A stretch of DNA of 64,000 bases from an uncultured virus (IMG/VR IMGVR_UViG_3300031993_000020) (taxonomy: Duplodnaviria > Heunggongvirae > Uroviricota > Caudoviricetes): IMG/VR virus record IMGVR_UViG_3300031993_000020. One strand, given 5' to 3'. A program made the translations under genes and the position numbers. A model generated the notes under the pieces. That model was given only the letters and a program-made list of their open reading frames with translations, ran no database searches and had not been told where the DNA came from. Below, piece after piece: positions 49,643 through 60,304 of the stretch; position 1 is the stretch's first letter, and every line of letters begins with the position of its first letter.

Positions 49643-50595
49643 GCAAGAAAAACTACAACACAGATTATTCTTTAGCAGAATTAATTAAATCAGATAGCTG
49701 TATAGCGGCTCTTCGTGGAGACTATATAGTTACCTGTCCTATCTGTAAAGAGAAGAAAGATAGTGAAACACCGGGAAGGGATTATGGAGCAGAGAGAAGA
49801 GAACGAAAGCTGTATATAGATCCGACACTTTCCTGTGGATACTGTTTTGTCTGTGGAACGACCTTTTTGGATAAAGACGGATTATCCAGAATACAAGCAC
49901 AGAGGAAAGTAGCACCTTTATCCTTGGATAGGCCGGAGTTTATTTGTATACCGTATACGAGAGAAGATCCGAAGGACGAAGAAAGCCATAAATATCTTAT
50001 AGAGCGCTGTCCCCAGTTATATACAGAGCTTGATATGTCTTCTTTGGGTTTTTACTGTTCAAACGAGAAAGTTGTCATATTATTTTATTTAAACGGTCAT
50101 AATTATTATTATCAGTTACGATACACGAATCCGGACAAGACAAACAATGGAATAAAGTATTACATGCCTGTAACTGGTACTTTAGGAAAACCGTTATATT
50201 TTGCCGGAGGGACGTACGATCCCTTCAAGAAAACAATTCTGGTAGAGGGAGTATTTACTGCCTTAGTCGAAAAGTTGTTATTACCAGATTGCAATGTTGT
50301 TGCGGTGCTGGGACATTATCTTACTGAATTTCAGGCGAAGTGGTTAGCATCCCTTGGAATGTTCAACCAGACATGGATTCACATGGATGAGCCTGACATG
50401 TCCTGGGATCTTAAGAAAAAGCTGCCTAAGGATTTTGCGAGACAGTTCAAAGTCATGCCTAATTTCAGCAGTAAATATGACTCCGAAGAAATTATTAGAA
50501 TGAAGATTTTAACGGTCGAAAAGTATCGAGAGTTTTTGTTAGATATTTTAAATAAGGACCGAATATTAAAGCTAAATCGGCCACATAAAGATTAA
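49627..50595 (+). CDS. DNA primase (Zn finger plus TOPRIM)
   Basis: CPIC...CFVC, YYQLR, LVEGVFTA, AVLG; upstream of the helicase. Confidence 0.75.
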   Translation: MDKRMSKKNYNTDYSLAELIKSDSCIAALRGDYIVTCPICKEKKDSETPGRDYGAERRERKLYIDPTLSCGYCFVCGTTFLDKDGLSRIQAQRKVAPLSLDRPEFICIPYTREDPKDEESHKYLIERCPQLYTELDMSSLGFYCSNEKVVILFYLNGHNYYYQLRYTNPDKTNNGIKYYMPVTGTLGKPLYFAGGTYDPFKKTILVEGVFTALVEKLLLPDCNVVAVLGHYLTEFQAKWLASLGMFNQTWIHMDEPDMSWDLKKKLPKDFARQFKVMPNFSSKYDSEEIIRMKILTVEKYREFLLDILNKDRILKLNRPHKD

Positions 50596-50613
50596 AACCG
50601 AATAGAATGCAGG

Positions 50614-50651
50614 TATTAGTAATGTAGATTGAAAGAAGTCTGATTCGTGTA
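50614..50651 (+). promoter_or_regulatory. Phage-specific promoter motif
   Basis: TATTAGTA...CGTGTA, near-identical to 63828-63865. Confidence 0.6.
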
Positions 50652-50689
50652 CATATAGAACGAACAAATTTGGGTTTGAGAGGTCTTTT

Positions 50690-52442
50690 ATGTTACAAAA
50701 TTTTATTTCTGAACTAAACCCAACCAGCATTGTAGTATCATTATATCATCCGAGACTGTTTCATCTCTATGGTAAATTTAAGAGAGCCTTGGAATATACA
50801 ACGAGAAATGGAGATGAGAGCACAAAGAAACTACTGAAACATTTATCTGATATTGAAACAGGAGTATCTGAAGACGGCTTTAGATTAAAATGTGAATCAC
50901 TGGGATTTTCAGATACATTGATTGAATCACACACAAGGACCTTCTCTTTATGTTCAAAGTTGGAAGGCGACGATTTTAAGTGTCTTATTTCTAAGATAAA
51001 GAATTTTCTGATCGATGAAGAAATAAGATATTGGATGGAAAAGTACAACAAGGATCATGAACCAGATGAGTTTATCGACAAGATAGCAGAATTGAAGGTG
51101 TCAGATTTAAACAGCAACTTCAATGACCCTAAAATGTTTTCCACCTGTTTGTTTACAGATATTGACCCGACGAATGTAACTGCGGAATTTGAGAAAGGTG
51201 TTTTAAAGAGTACCTTTTCTCTTATAAACGATTCTGTAGCTGTAGGAGGATATGTCCCTGGGTCAGCAACGGTATTCTGTGGACCGACAAAAGCTGGGAA
51301 ATCTCTGATAGCGATGCAGGAGACGATAAACTTTCTGAAGCAGGGGGCTCATGTTTTATATTCGGCGTTTGGTGATTTGAATAAGAATCACTTTTTAGCA
51401 CGTATGACAGCCCAGATAAACAACAGACCTATTTCTTATACAATGAAGCATCCTGTGGAAGAAATGAAGCAGGCGGTAAAACTTGTACCAGAGCTGAAGA
51501 ATTTGGACTTACAGTTTTTAGCTCCTGACAAATACACATCAGGTGATTATGTAGACTATTTAAAGAACGCATATGCTAAGGACGGGATAACTAAGTTACA
51601 TGACTGGGCAGATGTTATAGTTGTTGACTATGATGCGAATTTAAAGACGAAGTTTGAAGACAATATGTATAAGAAAGGTGAAGACATTTATCAGAATTTG
51701 TATTCTTTGGTTTATCCGGATAAAATTCTGATAATTCTTGCACAAACATCAAAGATCGCGTGGGAAAAAGAAATTGTGGAACTGGGAGATTTAGGAGAGT
51801 CTTCCCGGAAGCAGCAAATTGTCGACATTTTCTAATGATGGTGTCGTAATTCAGTGAAATGCTGGAACATCCTTAGAGTCTAAGTATAGGTTTCTACCGA
51901 TGAACAAGCCTTAGAATTGGATAATCAGCAGCCTAGTAGAAAAAAATATTCTAAAGGTTCAACGACTATTCCGAAAGGAAGTACACTCAAGTGAGTGGAA
52001 GTGCTGAACAGAAGCAATTAAGTTTTGCTTTTGAAGATATAGTCTGATCTCATATGAAAGTATGAGCTGGTTTTATGCCGGGTAGAGATTAACGACCTCT
52101 ACTGAACATTTATGGATCATTAACATCTCCTATCCACGCGCACAAATGGTGAATCAGAACAATGTAGTAGGATATTTGAACCTCTGTGCTAACCGTAATG
52201 GGGTAGCAAAGATGGTTACTTATATGCGAGATATTTCCGGTAGATTTTATGAAATATCTCTGGACGCTTATGGTCTTATTAAGAACGCAACCGATGCAAA
52301 GACATTTATTCCTGATATTGATATATTCAATAATGATTTAGCAGGAGAAGACTATACCGTTATCGCAGACCGCAAGGCATTAAGGCCATTATTCTTTGAA
52401 CCTCCGGATTCTGATGCTGAAATCTTGGAGGAGGATGACTAG
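50690..52442 (+). CDS. DnaB-like replicative helicase, two exons (50690-51829 and 52116-52442; about 488 aa)
   Basis: Walker A GPTKAGKS, VVDYD, LAQ, LGESSRKQQIVD; splicing restores VDI|IINISYPR...ANRNG in frame. Confidence 0.85.
51830..52115 (+). ncRNA. Group I intron (ORF-less, 286 nt)
   Basis: P AAATGCTGGAA, Q AATCAGCAG, R GTTCAACGACTA, S AAGATATAGTCT. IGS TAATGATGGTGTCG pairs with the ligated exons CGACATT|ATCATTA (U-G at the 5' site); terminal G at 52115. Confidence 0.92.
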
Positions 52443-52444
52443 TT

Positions 52445-53074
52445 ATGGGACGGTGTGCAAAGCAAACATTAATGGATATAGCCTCGGACACCGATAAGAA
52501 ACTTAATAAAGAAGTTGGAGTTTCTGTGACGCCGGTAACAGTTGAACCTATATCCGTTTTAAATGAAATAGAATTTATTATACCAGTAAATTATGTAGAA
52601 TCCGTTAACAAACTAAATACTGGTGTAGTACGTTATACATCGACGAAGGACCCTAAAACTGGAAGGATGTATAATAAACCAGTGCCTGGAGTTATGCTGA
52701 GGCCTGAAGCGAGAGCAGCAATGCATAATTACTTCACACAGCTGGAGCGTTATATCCCTAAATATATGATTCCAAAGACAGATTGGAAGAATGTAGATAT
52801 AACGTATGGATTTTATATTGGATCAAAGACTTTTAGGCGACGTGATAATGACAACATGCTTAAGATTTTCCAAGATTGTATGTCTCATCATCTTGGATTT
52901 GACGATAGTCAGATTGTTACAGTTCATACGTACAAGCGTTGTCTAAATAATAAAACGAGAACGACGAATCAGGAATATATCTATATTAAATTGAAAAATG
53001 CGAGTAAGACCGATAGCGAGCTCATTGTTCACGAGGAGGATATAAAAAGTAGAATTGGATTCAAATGGAGTTGA
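52445..53074 (+). CDS. RusA-like Holliday junction resolvase
   Basis: SVN, RRDNDNMLKIFQD, FDDSQIV. Confidence 0.8.
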   Translation: MGRCAKQTLMDIASDTDKKLNKEVGVSVTPVTVEPISVLNEIEFIIPVNYVESVNKLNTGVVRYTSTKDPKTGRMYNKPVPGVMLRPEARAAMHNYFTQLERYIPKYMIPKTDWKNVDITYGFYIGSKTFRRRDNDNMLKIFQDCMSHHLGFDDSQIVTVHTYKRCLNNKTRTTNQEYIYIKLKNASKTDSELIVHEEDIKSRIGFKWS

Positions 53075-53583
53075 AAATGAGCTTTGATACAAGATTTTGT
53101 TTGGCGTTACTTCGACATGAAGATACATTTGAATATAGAGGATTTGATTGGGTAGTAGAAGAGACCGAAAAACATAATTATGTGCTTCGGTCAGAATATT
53201 ACGATAAAGGCTTCCCGCTATCTGTATTATTTATGCCGCTCAATGAAGAATGTTCTATTATGAAGCTGATTGATGGCTTTAGCGATTTTCGTAATATAAG
53301 CATGATAACGGAGGATGTTCCATATCGTATTTTATCGACGCTTTGTATGGACTATAGATACAAGTTATTCTTGTATGCATTAGTCAAATTACCAAGAAAT
53401 ATACAAATAAAACAAATACGCAGATTACGTGCGCAGGAGGATGGATTATATGACGAGTTAGCAAAGTATATCGAGTTGTACGAGGGGTCCCCTCTTCTCT
53501 ATGAGGAAGAGGAACAGAGAGTTAAACAAATTAAATTTAAACGCAACAAGAAAATCAAAAAGATGAAAGGTAGACTAAAATGA
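53065..53583 (+). CDS. Hypothetical protein
   Basis: Coupled ORF in the replication operon. Confidence 0.55.
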   Translation: MELKMSFDTRFCLALLRHEDTFEYRGFDWVVEETEKHNYVLRSEYYDKGFPLSVLFMPLNEECSIMKLIDGFSDFRNISMITEDVPYRILSTLCMDYRYKLFLYALVKLPRNIQIKQIRRLRAQEDGLYDELAKYIELYEGSPLLYEEEEQRVKQIKFKRNKKIKKMKGRLK

Positions 53584-54584
53584 GTAATGATCTGACCAGT
53601 ATTATGAGCAACGATGAACAGGAAATTCAATTCACCAATTTCTTTACCCCTGCTGCCGGTTATGAGCAGAAGAGCAATTTCCCAAAAATGGAAAAAGACG
53701 AAACTCGGACAGGGCAGATTTTGGATTGTGTAAATACCTATCGTTTAGGTACGACTTTCCTTTGCATTATTCCTGATCGCGTATTAACGAAAGTTAATCC
53801 TCAGGAACCTGGTCTTCCGAGACTTTATCGTAAAGTGTCCCGTCCGTTAGATGGTCGTGTTCAAGATCCGGACAACGAGAAGTTTAAGATGAGCATTCAA
53901 ATTCCGCAGTTAAAAGATTTCAAATGCTCTTTGAGTCCTTCTCAGCAGGACATTATTAAACATCTGCATGAACAGGGAAAACGGTTTATGGATTTGACTG
54001 CTTGGGATAAGAGGAAACTTTATCCTGAAGTTAATGAGATGATTCGTATTTCCAATCCTGCACAGATTGTATTTGCTTATGGCAAATTGATTAAATTTAT
54101 TTCTGCTGACAAAGGTGACGTTATTGACCCTGAGATCGGACACGTACGCGTACTGAAGTTTGCTAAAGGCCAAGTGGGCAAGAACGATTTTGTTACTGTT
54201 CTTATGAATGCTATTAAGAACAAATCTGATGCTCTTGGTACTTCCGCTTGGATGTCTTACTTCTTCAACCGGACAGCGGGAGAAAGAAACAAAATTGTTG
54301 CTCTGTCTGTAAGTCAGTCAAATGATGCTATTAAATCTTATCTGCTTTCTACTTCTCTAGAGGAAACCAAACCGTTTGAAGTTACCAAAGAGGATCTGGA
54401 TGTAGCGGATAACCTTGATAAGCGCGTATTTAATATTGAGACTTTTGATGATGAATATTATCAGAAACTGACCAGAGCGTTTGACCACGTTCAAGATGTT
54501 ATTGATGATTTAGGTGCTGAGCTGAATGCTCCTGCTCCTGATATGCCAGATGAGGAAGAAGACGGAGATTCTTATCCGTTCTGA
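53580..54584 (+). CDS. Probable single-stranded DNA-binding protein
   Basis: Acidic tail ending DEEEDGDSYPF; replication context. Confidence 0.55.
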   Translation: MSNDLTSIMSNDEQEIQFTNFFTPAAGYEQKSNFPKMEKDETRTGQILDCVNTYRLGTTFLCIIPDRVLTKVNPQEPGLPRLYRKVSRPLDGRVQDPDNEKFKMSIQIPQLKDFKCSLSPSQQDIIKHLHEQGKRFMDLTAWDKRKLYPEVNEMIRISNPAQIVFAYGKLIKFISADKGDVIDPEIGHVRVLKFAKGQVGKNDFVTVLMNAIKNKSDALGTSAWMSYFFNRTAGERNKIVALSVSQSNDAIKSYLLSTSLEETKPFEVTKEDLDVADNLDKRVFNIETFDDEYYQKLTRAFDHVQDVIDDLGAELNAPAPDMPDEEEDGDSYPF

Positions 54585-54610
54585 TTGATAAGTTTGAGTG
54601 AGGTTCTGTT

Positions 54611-55597
54611 ATGTGCTCGTATAAGTATGGTTTAATTGATGGAAATTATTTCCTTCGAAGAAATTTCTCAGCTGCCAAAAGGGCGGGAAATTTGGTCGGA
54701 GATGACCCGAACAATTTGACGAGGTCTTTTCTCTGTACAGTCCTTGGGTATAAAGAGAAGATTAATTTCGACAAAACGATTGTTGTCTGGGACTACTCTC
54801 CATATAAGAAGTTATTAGACATCACCGAGTACAAACAGAACCGTCACTATGCAACCAGAGAAGAACTACTCGAACTAAACGAACTAATCGAAAAAGAAAC
54901 TGACACAAACAAAAAGCTCGAACTCATTGCAAAGAGAGACGCTCTTCAGTATGACTTAGACTGTGAAAAGGTCTTTGCCGATACGAAGAACGCTCTCTTC
55001 AATGGGTTAGACAGTTCATCGATCACCAATATTCGTATTAAAGGATATGAGGCCGATGATTTGGCTTATTTGATTTCGTCACATCTTTCCAAAAACAACG
55101 AGAGCTGTATTTTAGTTACGGCAGATTCTGACTGGCTGGCTTTTGTTCAGGGAAATGTTACGGTATACAAGGAATCAAGAACGAAGGGAACGAAGTATTA
55201 TACGATTAACGAGTCTCCCTATATGGCTGAAGCGGAAGAATTACAATGTTCTGCATACGTTGTAGGTAATCTGATGGAAGCGTATACGGGAGGACATAAT
55301 AACGTGGATAAATATTCACATTCAGAGATTCCCTTTATAGATTTTGCTCGCAAGTTATTGCAGAAGGATCTAACTCTTCCGGATTACGAATATTTCTGGA
55401 AGAGGGTAGCTGCTCTGAATATTGAAAACTACGATAATGATATTGTTGTAGAGACATTCAATAAATTAATGGCAGTACCTATAGACAATACTAAAGCCAC
55501 GGAGCTAATGAAATCACTCGGTTGGAATATGCTGGAACGTTTTAATCAGGCTTTCAAAATCGAGGCACCTCCATCTTTTGGTGGATTCGTGTTTTAG
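54611..55597 (+). CDS. 5'-3' exonuclease/flap endonuclease (T4 RNase H-like)
   Basis: LIDGNY, EYKQNR, GYEADDL, TADSDW. Confidence 0.85.
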   Translation: MCSYKYGLIDGNYFLRRNFSAAKRAGNLVGDDPNNLTRSFLCTVLGYKEKINFDKTIVVWDYSPYKKLLDITEYKQNRHYATREELLELNELIEKETDTNKKLELIAKRDALQYDLDCEKVFADTKNALFNGLDSSSITNIRIKGYEADDLAYLISSHLSKNNESCILVTADSDWLAFVQGNVTVYKESRTKGTKYYTINESPYMAEAEELQCSAYVVGNLMEAYTGGHNNVDKYSHSEIPFIDFARKLLQKDLTLPDYEYFWKRVAALNIENYDNDIVVETFNKLMAVPIDNTKATELMKSLGWNMLERFNQAFKIEAPPSFGGFVF

Positions 55598-55611
55598 TAG
55601 CGGAGCCTTAC

Positions 55612-56124
55612 ATGATTTATTTAAAAACAGATGGTTCGCCCGAATGCGATAAAATGGCAACAGCTTTTTATCGGGAGATAGCTGATGTTCACACATCAGT
55701 ATTTTCTACGGGTGAACCAGTACAGAAGACAGAACGTGAGCATTACAATATAGACAGAAGAGAGGGAACGAAGGTTATAGACTTTACCTTTCTATGTAAA
55801 CTGCTATCGAGTAATATAGATGACATTAATCGAGCGAGTTACATACACTTATTAGAGCCGACGATAGACTCAATATTGAAATCTCCGACAGATATAGAAT
55901 ATTGTATTCTACTGCCGGATTTCATCAAAAATGAGCCTTCATCATTTCGTTCTAAAGTACTTAATGATGTAAAAATTAAATTACACGGAAAGTGCAAAGT
56001 TGACCGGATTCCTTCTTATTATAATTCGCATAAGTCTAATCCTTATCAGTTTATATTAAATGGGCATAATGTTAGTTTATTGTCTCTTGATAAGGAACTG
56101 ACGGCAGTAGTTAAACATGCCTAG
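55612..56124 (+). CDS. Hypothetical protein
   Basis: 170-aa ORF with GGAG RBS. Confidence 0.55.
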   Translation: MIYLKTDGSPECDKMATAFYREIADVHTSVFSTGEPVQKTEREHYNIDRREGTKVIDFTFLCKLLSSNIDDINRASYIHLLEPTIDSILKSPTDIEYCILLPDFIKNEPSSFRSKVLNDVKIKLHGKCKVDRIPSYYNSHKSNPYQFILNGHNVSLLSLDKELTAVVKHA

Positions 56125-56132
56125 GAGTTTTT

Positions 56133-56453
56133 ATGGCACAGTATCAGTTTTTAAAAATATTAGGTGGAGACCCTGAGGGTGGATTTGTTATTAAAAGAGA
56201 CCGTCTTACCGGAGACACCTCTTTAGAATTACCTTCAGATCATGTCTTTGAATTTCTGAAATTCCAGTTAGATGGGGTTCAGAAGATCGGTGTTCAGCGG
56301 ATGGATACTCTTCCTTATGTTGGGCCGACAATGAAATTTAATCCGAGTCTGATTATATTTCAGACAGATGTTCCTGCGGATAGTCCTGTTGTGAGGTTTA
56401 TTGAGAACAGCAATGCACAGGCAGTAGAACAGAAGACAGGACTTATTGTTTAG
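56133..56453 (+). CDS. Hypothetical protein
   Basis: 106-aa ORF with AGGAG RBS. Confidence 0.6.
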   Translation: MAQYQFLKILGGDPEGGFVIKRDRLTGDTSLELPSDHVFEFLKFQLDGVQKIGVQRMDTLPYVGPTMKFNPSLIIFQTDVPADSPVVRFIENSNAQAVEQKTGLIV

Positions 56454-56476
56454 TAAAATTTCGAGGAGGAGATTTT

Positions 56477-59320
56477 ATGTTAGAACGCTGTTATTTGTCT
56501 GACGCTCCTTCTGAAATACCGAGAAAAGATAATGTACGGTATTTAAAAAACGTGGATGAATTACTAACTATCGAGTCGTCTTTAATATACTGTGATTCTG
56601 AAGAAGTAGCGAAGATTTTAAAGAAGTACGATAAGCAGGGGCTGTTACATTTTGGTTGTCGTGGATTAACGCCAGCTATGATGTATCAAGCTCCTGTTTT
56701 ACGTTTTGGAACAAATTATATAATCTGTTCTCCGATTTGGGAACAGAAGAAGTACAAAGAGTTTTTGAAATTTAAACCAGCCTCGCCGGTAGATTTACCG
56801 GAGACACACTATATTAATATAAATAGTGTATCTGACGATGAAGCTGCAGACATCTTTCTGAAGCAGATGGCGACATTATCGAAGACATCTGAATTAGGAA
56901 TAGATTTTGAAACTAACGGTTTTCCCGAAACGGTAGATTTCTTTCCGTTGGGATTATCTATATGTGATCTGAAAAATTCATATTACTATGACTTTGATTG
57001 CTATCTGGATAACAGAAATAGCAGACCTAAATTTTATAAAGCGCTCGAAGAATTTGTGCAGAAGAATACACAGAGGTTGTATGCTTTTAACGTCTCCTTT
57101 GAAATTCGTTGTTTCTATTTTATGTACAGGAAATTCTTTAAATTACAAGATACTCGTGCATGGTGTATTGTCGATTATATGAAATCGAATTTGAAATATG
57201 CCGCACAGTATTACTTACAGGTTTCTTCCTGGGATGATTCTGTTGACGAAGAGATGAGAGCGTTAAGTGAGGCTTTTGAATTACCTGTCGAGGAATTTGA
57301 ACATGAGTATTCACTGGGACAGAATTCACAGTATTCATTTGTAAAAAGTCTCTGTAAATTTAATGCGAGCAATCCGGACTTTTTGCCGAGGTTTAAGAAA
57401 TATCATGGATCCACCTGGGCCTGTGCTAATCAGAAGACAGTAGGAAAGTATTGTTGCTACGATTCAGCTATGGATGTCCTTATTTATAATAAGATAAGGA
57501 CTATAAAATTGGTGGATCATAAATATTCCGAAGAGGCGTATCAGGTATATCTGGCGAATCAATATTTGTCAGCTATTATAGATATGTCTGGAATATTCGT
57601 AGAACCGAGACTTTTAGAGGAAGAGCGAGAGACTTTCGAGCGGATATATTTTAATACGAATATCTGGCTAAACAAGGAGATGGTTAAGTATAAGATAGCT
57701 TATCTCAAAAAGCACTGTTCAGACCGTATTAATATTGAATTGAACGACAAATTGTCTTATTTGGTTGACACACTATCATCGTATATATTTATTCAAAAGG
57801 ACAGAGCTGCACTCGGTAAGGATTTCGTGAAGCTTATTAGAGGTAATCAGGAAGTTTTTAATCATTTAGTATCTAAGCATTATGATGAGCTTCAGTATTT
57901 AGTGACAGCTTGGCCAGATGAAGAAGAATTTAAGGCTGCTCTAAGAGGAAGGAAACTTTTCACTGAAATAGGGCAGATGATTTACGATGAGTGGGGATTA
58001 AAGGAACTCTTTACGAAATATAACAAAGACAGTATTACTCTGAAGAAAAAGAACAAAGAAGCACTGAAGAATTTACCTTATACAAAAGAGGAGTTACTGG
58101 CGTTACTAGCTAAGGGAGAGAAAGTCTGGAAGAAAGAACAGCCTAATCCGGTGTATCAGCGATACATGTCGATGTACATTTATGATTTGGGTGAGTTGCA
58201 TAATCCAGAAGAGATTGAAGCTAGTTTGGAATTGAGAAAGTATGAATCCTTATATAAGAGAATGCTGCCGTACTTTAAAGGAAGGACAATTTATAGTCCG
58301 ATAGATGAATCTTTAAAGTGGATGTACATATTTGAGTTTAATGCACCGGCAACGAAAGATTTAGCGGGTACTCTTTTGCAGGACTACTGTCAGGAGAGCT
58401 ATGCTACTTTTGCTGGGTTTACAGAATTGTGTAAAAAGCAGAATCATCCAGAGTGGTACACGAAGAGTAATTATTTGAACTTTGTTAAGCAGATGAAGCA
58501 GAATTACAAAGAGATAAAGAAAGTGCCAGAGTTCTTTGATTATTATTTCGAGAAGACACCGAAGTTCGTGCAGAAAACTTATTTTGATAAGAAAACGAAG
58601 GAGCAGAAGACTTATACAGTCCAGTCGAATGATTTTATCGTTTCAGATTTAGTATGGTCTTTAAAGACACCGACGAATGTTGCAGCGAAGAGTTTCCCTC
58701 CGTGTAATATTCCGAGTGAGCATCTAAAGGATCCCTGGTCTGAATTTAATTATCAGAGTCTGGATGAAGAGTATGATGTTCCAGCGTTCAACTGTCATAA
58801 GTTTTTAGGGATTTACAAATTAAATCGAGTAGTAACGAAAATGGCATCTTCTTCCATTGCTTCCCTCGATGAAGACAGTTTTAATATTGAGCTTCTCGAT
58901 AGCAGCAGAGGGTTAAAGAAGAATAGTCATGATCCGACGAAACTGACCAAGTATTATATAAAAGCGATGGCGAATAGTGCTAATACAAATCGTTGGTCAG
59001 CTAATATTCATAGCGTACTTGCTCCAACGGAAGATACACGAGTAGCGTTAGTACCGAAGATGGGAACACATTTTTTACTTAAGAGAGAAAACGAGCAAGT
59101 ATATACGGACACTTGTACTGTATATGAAATTGACGGCTATAATTTTAGAGCTGATGATCGAGTAACACTAATCAACGGGGAGACAAAATTGGTCAGGGAA
59201 CTTACAGATTCAGATGAATTTGATCCTAACTGGCTAAAGAACATAATTGAACTAGACAAACAAAATACTGGTGATGTTTATTGGGACTTTGAAAAAGTTT
59301 GCTATGCTAAAAACTCTTAA
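56477..59320 (+). CDS. Family A DNA polymerase, N-terminal part (3'-5' exonuclease plus thumb), with an extra C-terminal Hint-like segment
   Basis: Exo I IDFETNG, Exo II AFNVSFE, Exo III YCCYD; TNRWSA...RVALVP immediately before the motif A position. Confidence 0.8.
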   Translation: MLERCYLSDAPSEIPRKDNVRYLKNVDELLTIESSLIYCDSEEVAKILKKYDKQGLLHFGCRGLTPAMMYQAPVLRFGTNYIICSPIWEQKKYKEFLKFKPASPVDLPETHYININSVSDDEAADIFLKQMATLSKTSELGIDFETNGFPETVDFFPLGLSICDLKNSYYYDFDCYLDNRNSRPKFYKALEEFVQKNTQRLYAFNVSFEIRCFYFMYRKFFKLQDTRAWCIVDYMKSNLKYAAQYYLQVSSWDDSVDEEMRALSEAFELPVEEFEHEYSLGQNSQYSFVKSLCKFNASNPDFLPRFKKYHGSTWACANQKTVGKYCCYDSAMDVLIYNKIRTIKLVDHKYSEEAYQVYLANQYLSAIIDMSGIFVEPRLLEEERETFERIYFNTNIWLNKEMVKYKIAYLKKHCSDRINIELNDKLSYLVDTLSSYIFIQKDRAALGKDFVKLIRGNQEVFNHLVSKHYDELQYLVTAWPDEEEFKAALRGRKLFTEIGQMIYDEWGLKELFTKYNKDSITLKKKNKEALKNLPYTKEELLALLAKGEKVWKKEQPNPVYQRYMSMYIYDLGELHNPEEIEASLELRKYESLYKRMLPYFKGRTIYSPIDESLKWMYIFEFNAPATKDLAGTLLQDYCQESYATFAGFTELCKKQNHPEWYTKSNYLNFVKQMKQNYKEIKKVPEFFDYYFEKTPKFVQKTYFDKKTKEQKTYTVQSNDFIVSDLVWSLKTPTNVAAKSFPPCNIPSEHLKDPWSEFNYQSLDEEYDVPAFNCHKFLGIYKLNRVVTKMASSSIASLDEDSFNIELLDSSRGLKKNSHDPTKLTKYYIKAMANSANTNRWSANIHSVLAPTEDTRVALVPKMGTHFLLKRENEQVYTDTCTVYEIDGYNFRADDRVTLINGETKLVRELTDSDEFDPNWLKNIIELDKQNTGDVYWDFEKVCYAKNS

Positions 59321-59338
59321 AAATTAAGGAAATTAATA

Positions 59339-59980
59339 ATGCTTGTTGCTATTGCTGGTTTAATTGGTGCAGGGAAATCCACATTGTGTGACGGACTAGA
59401 AGGAATCAAGTTTTACGAACCTGTGGAATCTAACCCGTATCTGAATGATTTTTATGCAAATCCGAAAGAACATTGTTTTGCTATGCAGATTCATCTGTTA
59501 GCAGAACGGTTTAGAATGGTGAATAAAGCGTACTGGATGCAGGTGACTGATCCTGTTAATACTGTTACGATTTTGGACCGTTCAATATTTGAAGACTGGG
59601 TATTTGCCAGGCTTGGTATGTTGAATGGCAATATGAGTGAACTCAACTTTAAGACGTACGAGTCACTTCACGAAACAATGCAGTCTTTTCTGACGCTTCC
59701 GGATCTTGTATTATATATTGAAGCTCCTATTGATACTGTTATGGACCACATCGCAAAAAGGAGCAGAACGTGTGAGTGTGGTATTCCCCGGGAATATCTT
59801 GAAGACCTCCAGAAGGGCTATGATGTTTTAATTCCGTTGCTGGAAAGAAAATGTCGAGTAGTTCATCTGGACGGTACGAAGTCCGCTGAAGAAGTCTTAA
59901 AAGACGCAAACGATGCTATTGAGAAACGTAAAGCAGAATTGCGTGACGAACCTCATCCGCATTATAAGGGCGGACTGTGA
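59339..59980 (+). CDS. Deoxynucleoside kinase
   Basis: GLIGAGKST, EPV, DRSIFED..FA, RSR.CE. Confidence 0.9.
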   Translation: MLVAIAGLIGAGKSTLCDGLEGIKFYEPVESNPYLNDFYANPKEHCFAMQIHLLAERFRMVNKAYWMQVTDPVNTVTILDRSIFEDWVFARLGMLNGNMSELNFKTYESLHETMQSFLTLPDLVLYIEAPIDTVMDHIAKRSRTCECGIPREYLEDLQKGYDVLIPLLERKCRVVHLDGTKSAEEVLKDANDAIEKRKAELRDEPHPHYKGGL

Positions 59981-60249
59981 TGTTGAAGAGCAAAGCGGAA
60001 ATAGATAAGTACTTTGAAGACTTTTTGAATGAGAAGCGTAAGTTAGTAGAATCTGCTCAATATATCAAAGTACCTCGTTACAAAAACAGTACCTGCGGAT
60101 TGATAGCAGCTCAGATCGGTCGTATGGAGAACGGAAAACATCTGTCGACGATTAAATTTATGGACGCAGAGATAGAAAATACAGACGAGCTGAGAGAACA
60201 CACAAAGAGTAAAGCACAGGATTTAATTAATGATATTATGAAGTTGTGA
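59977..60249 (+). CDS. Hypothetical protein
   Basis: 90-aa coupled ORF. Confidence 0.5.
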   Translation: MMLKSKAEIDKYFEDFLNEKRKLVESAQYIKVPRYKNSTCGLIAAQIGRMENGKHLSTIKFMDAEIENTDELREHTKSKAQDLINDIMKL

Positions 60250-60304
60250 GTTAGTAGTTGTTTCTTTCGTGTATTAAAGGAATACTTTCAAGGAGGAAAC
60301 CGCT

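Noticed and set aside
51829..52146. Helicase break as a frameshift or pseudogene
   Set aside because: Fully explained by a group I intron with in-frame exon joining
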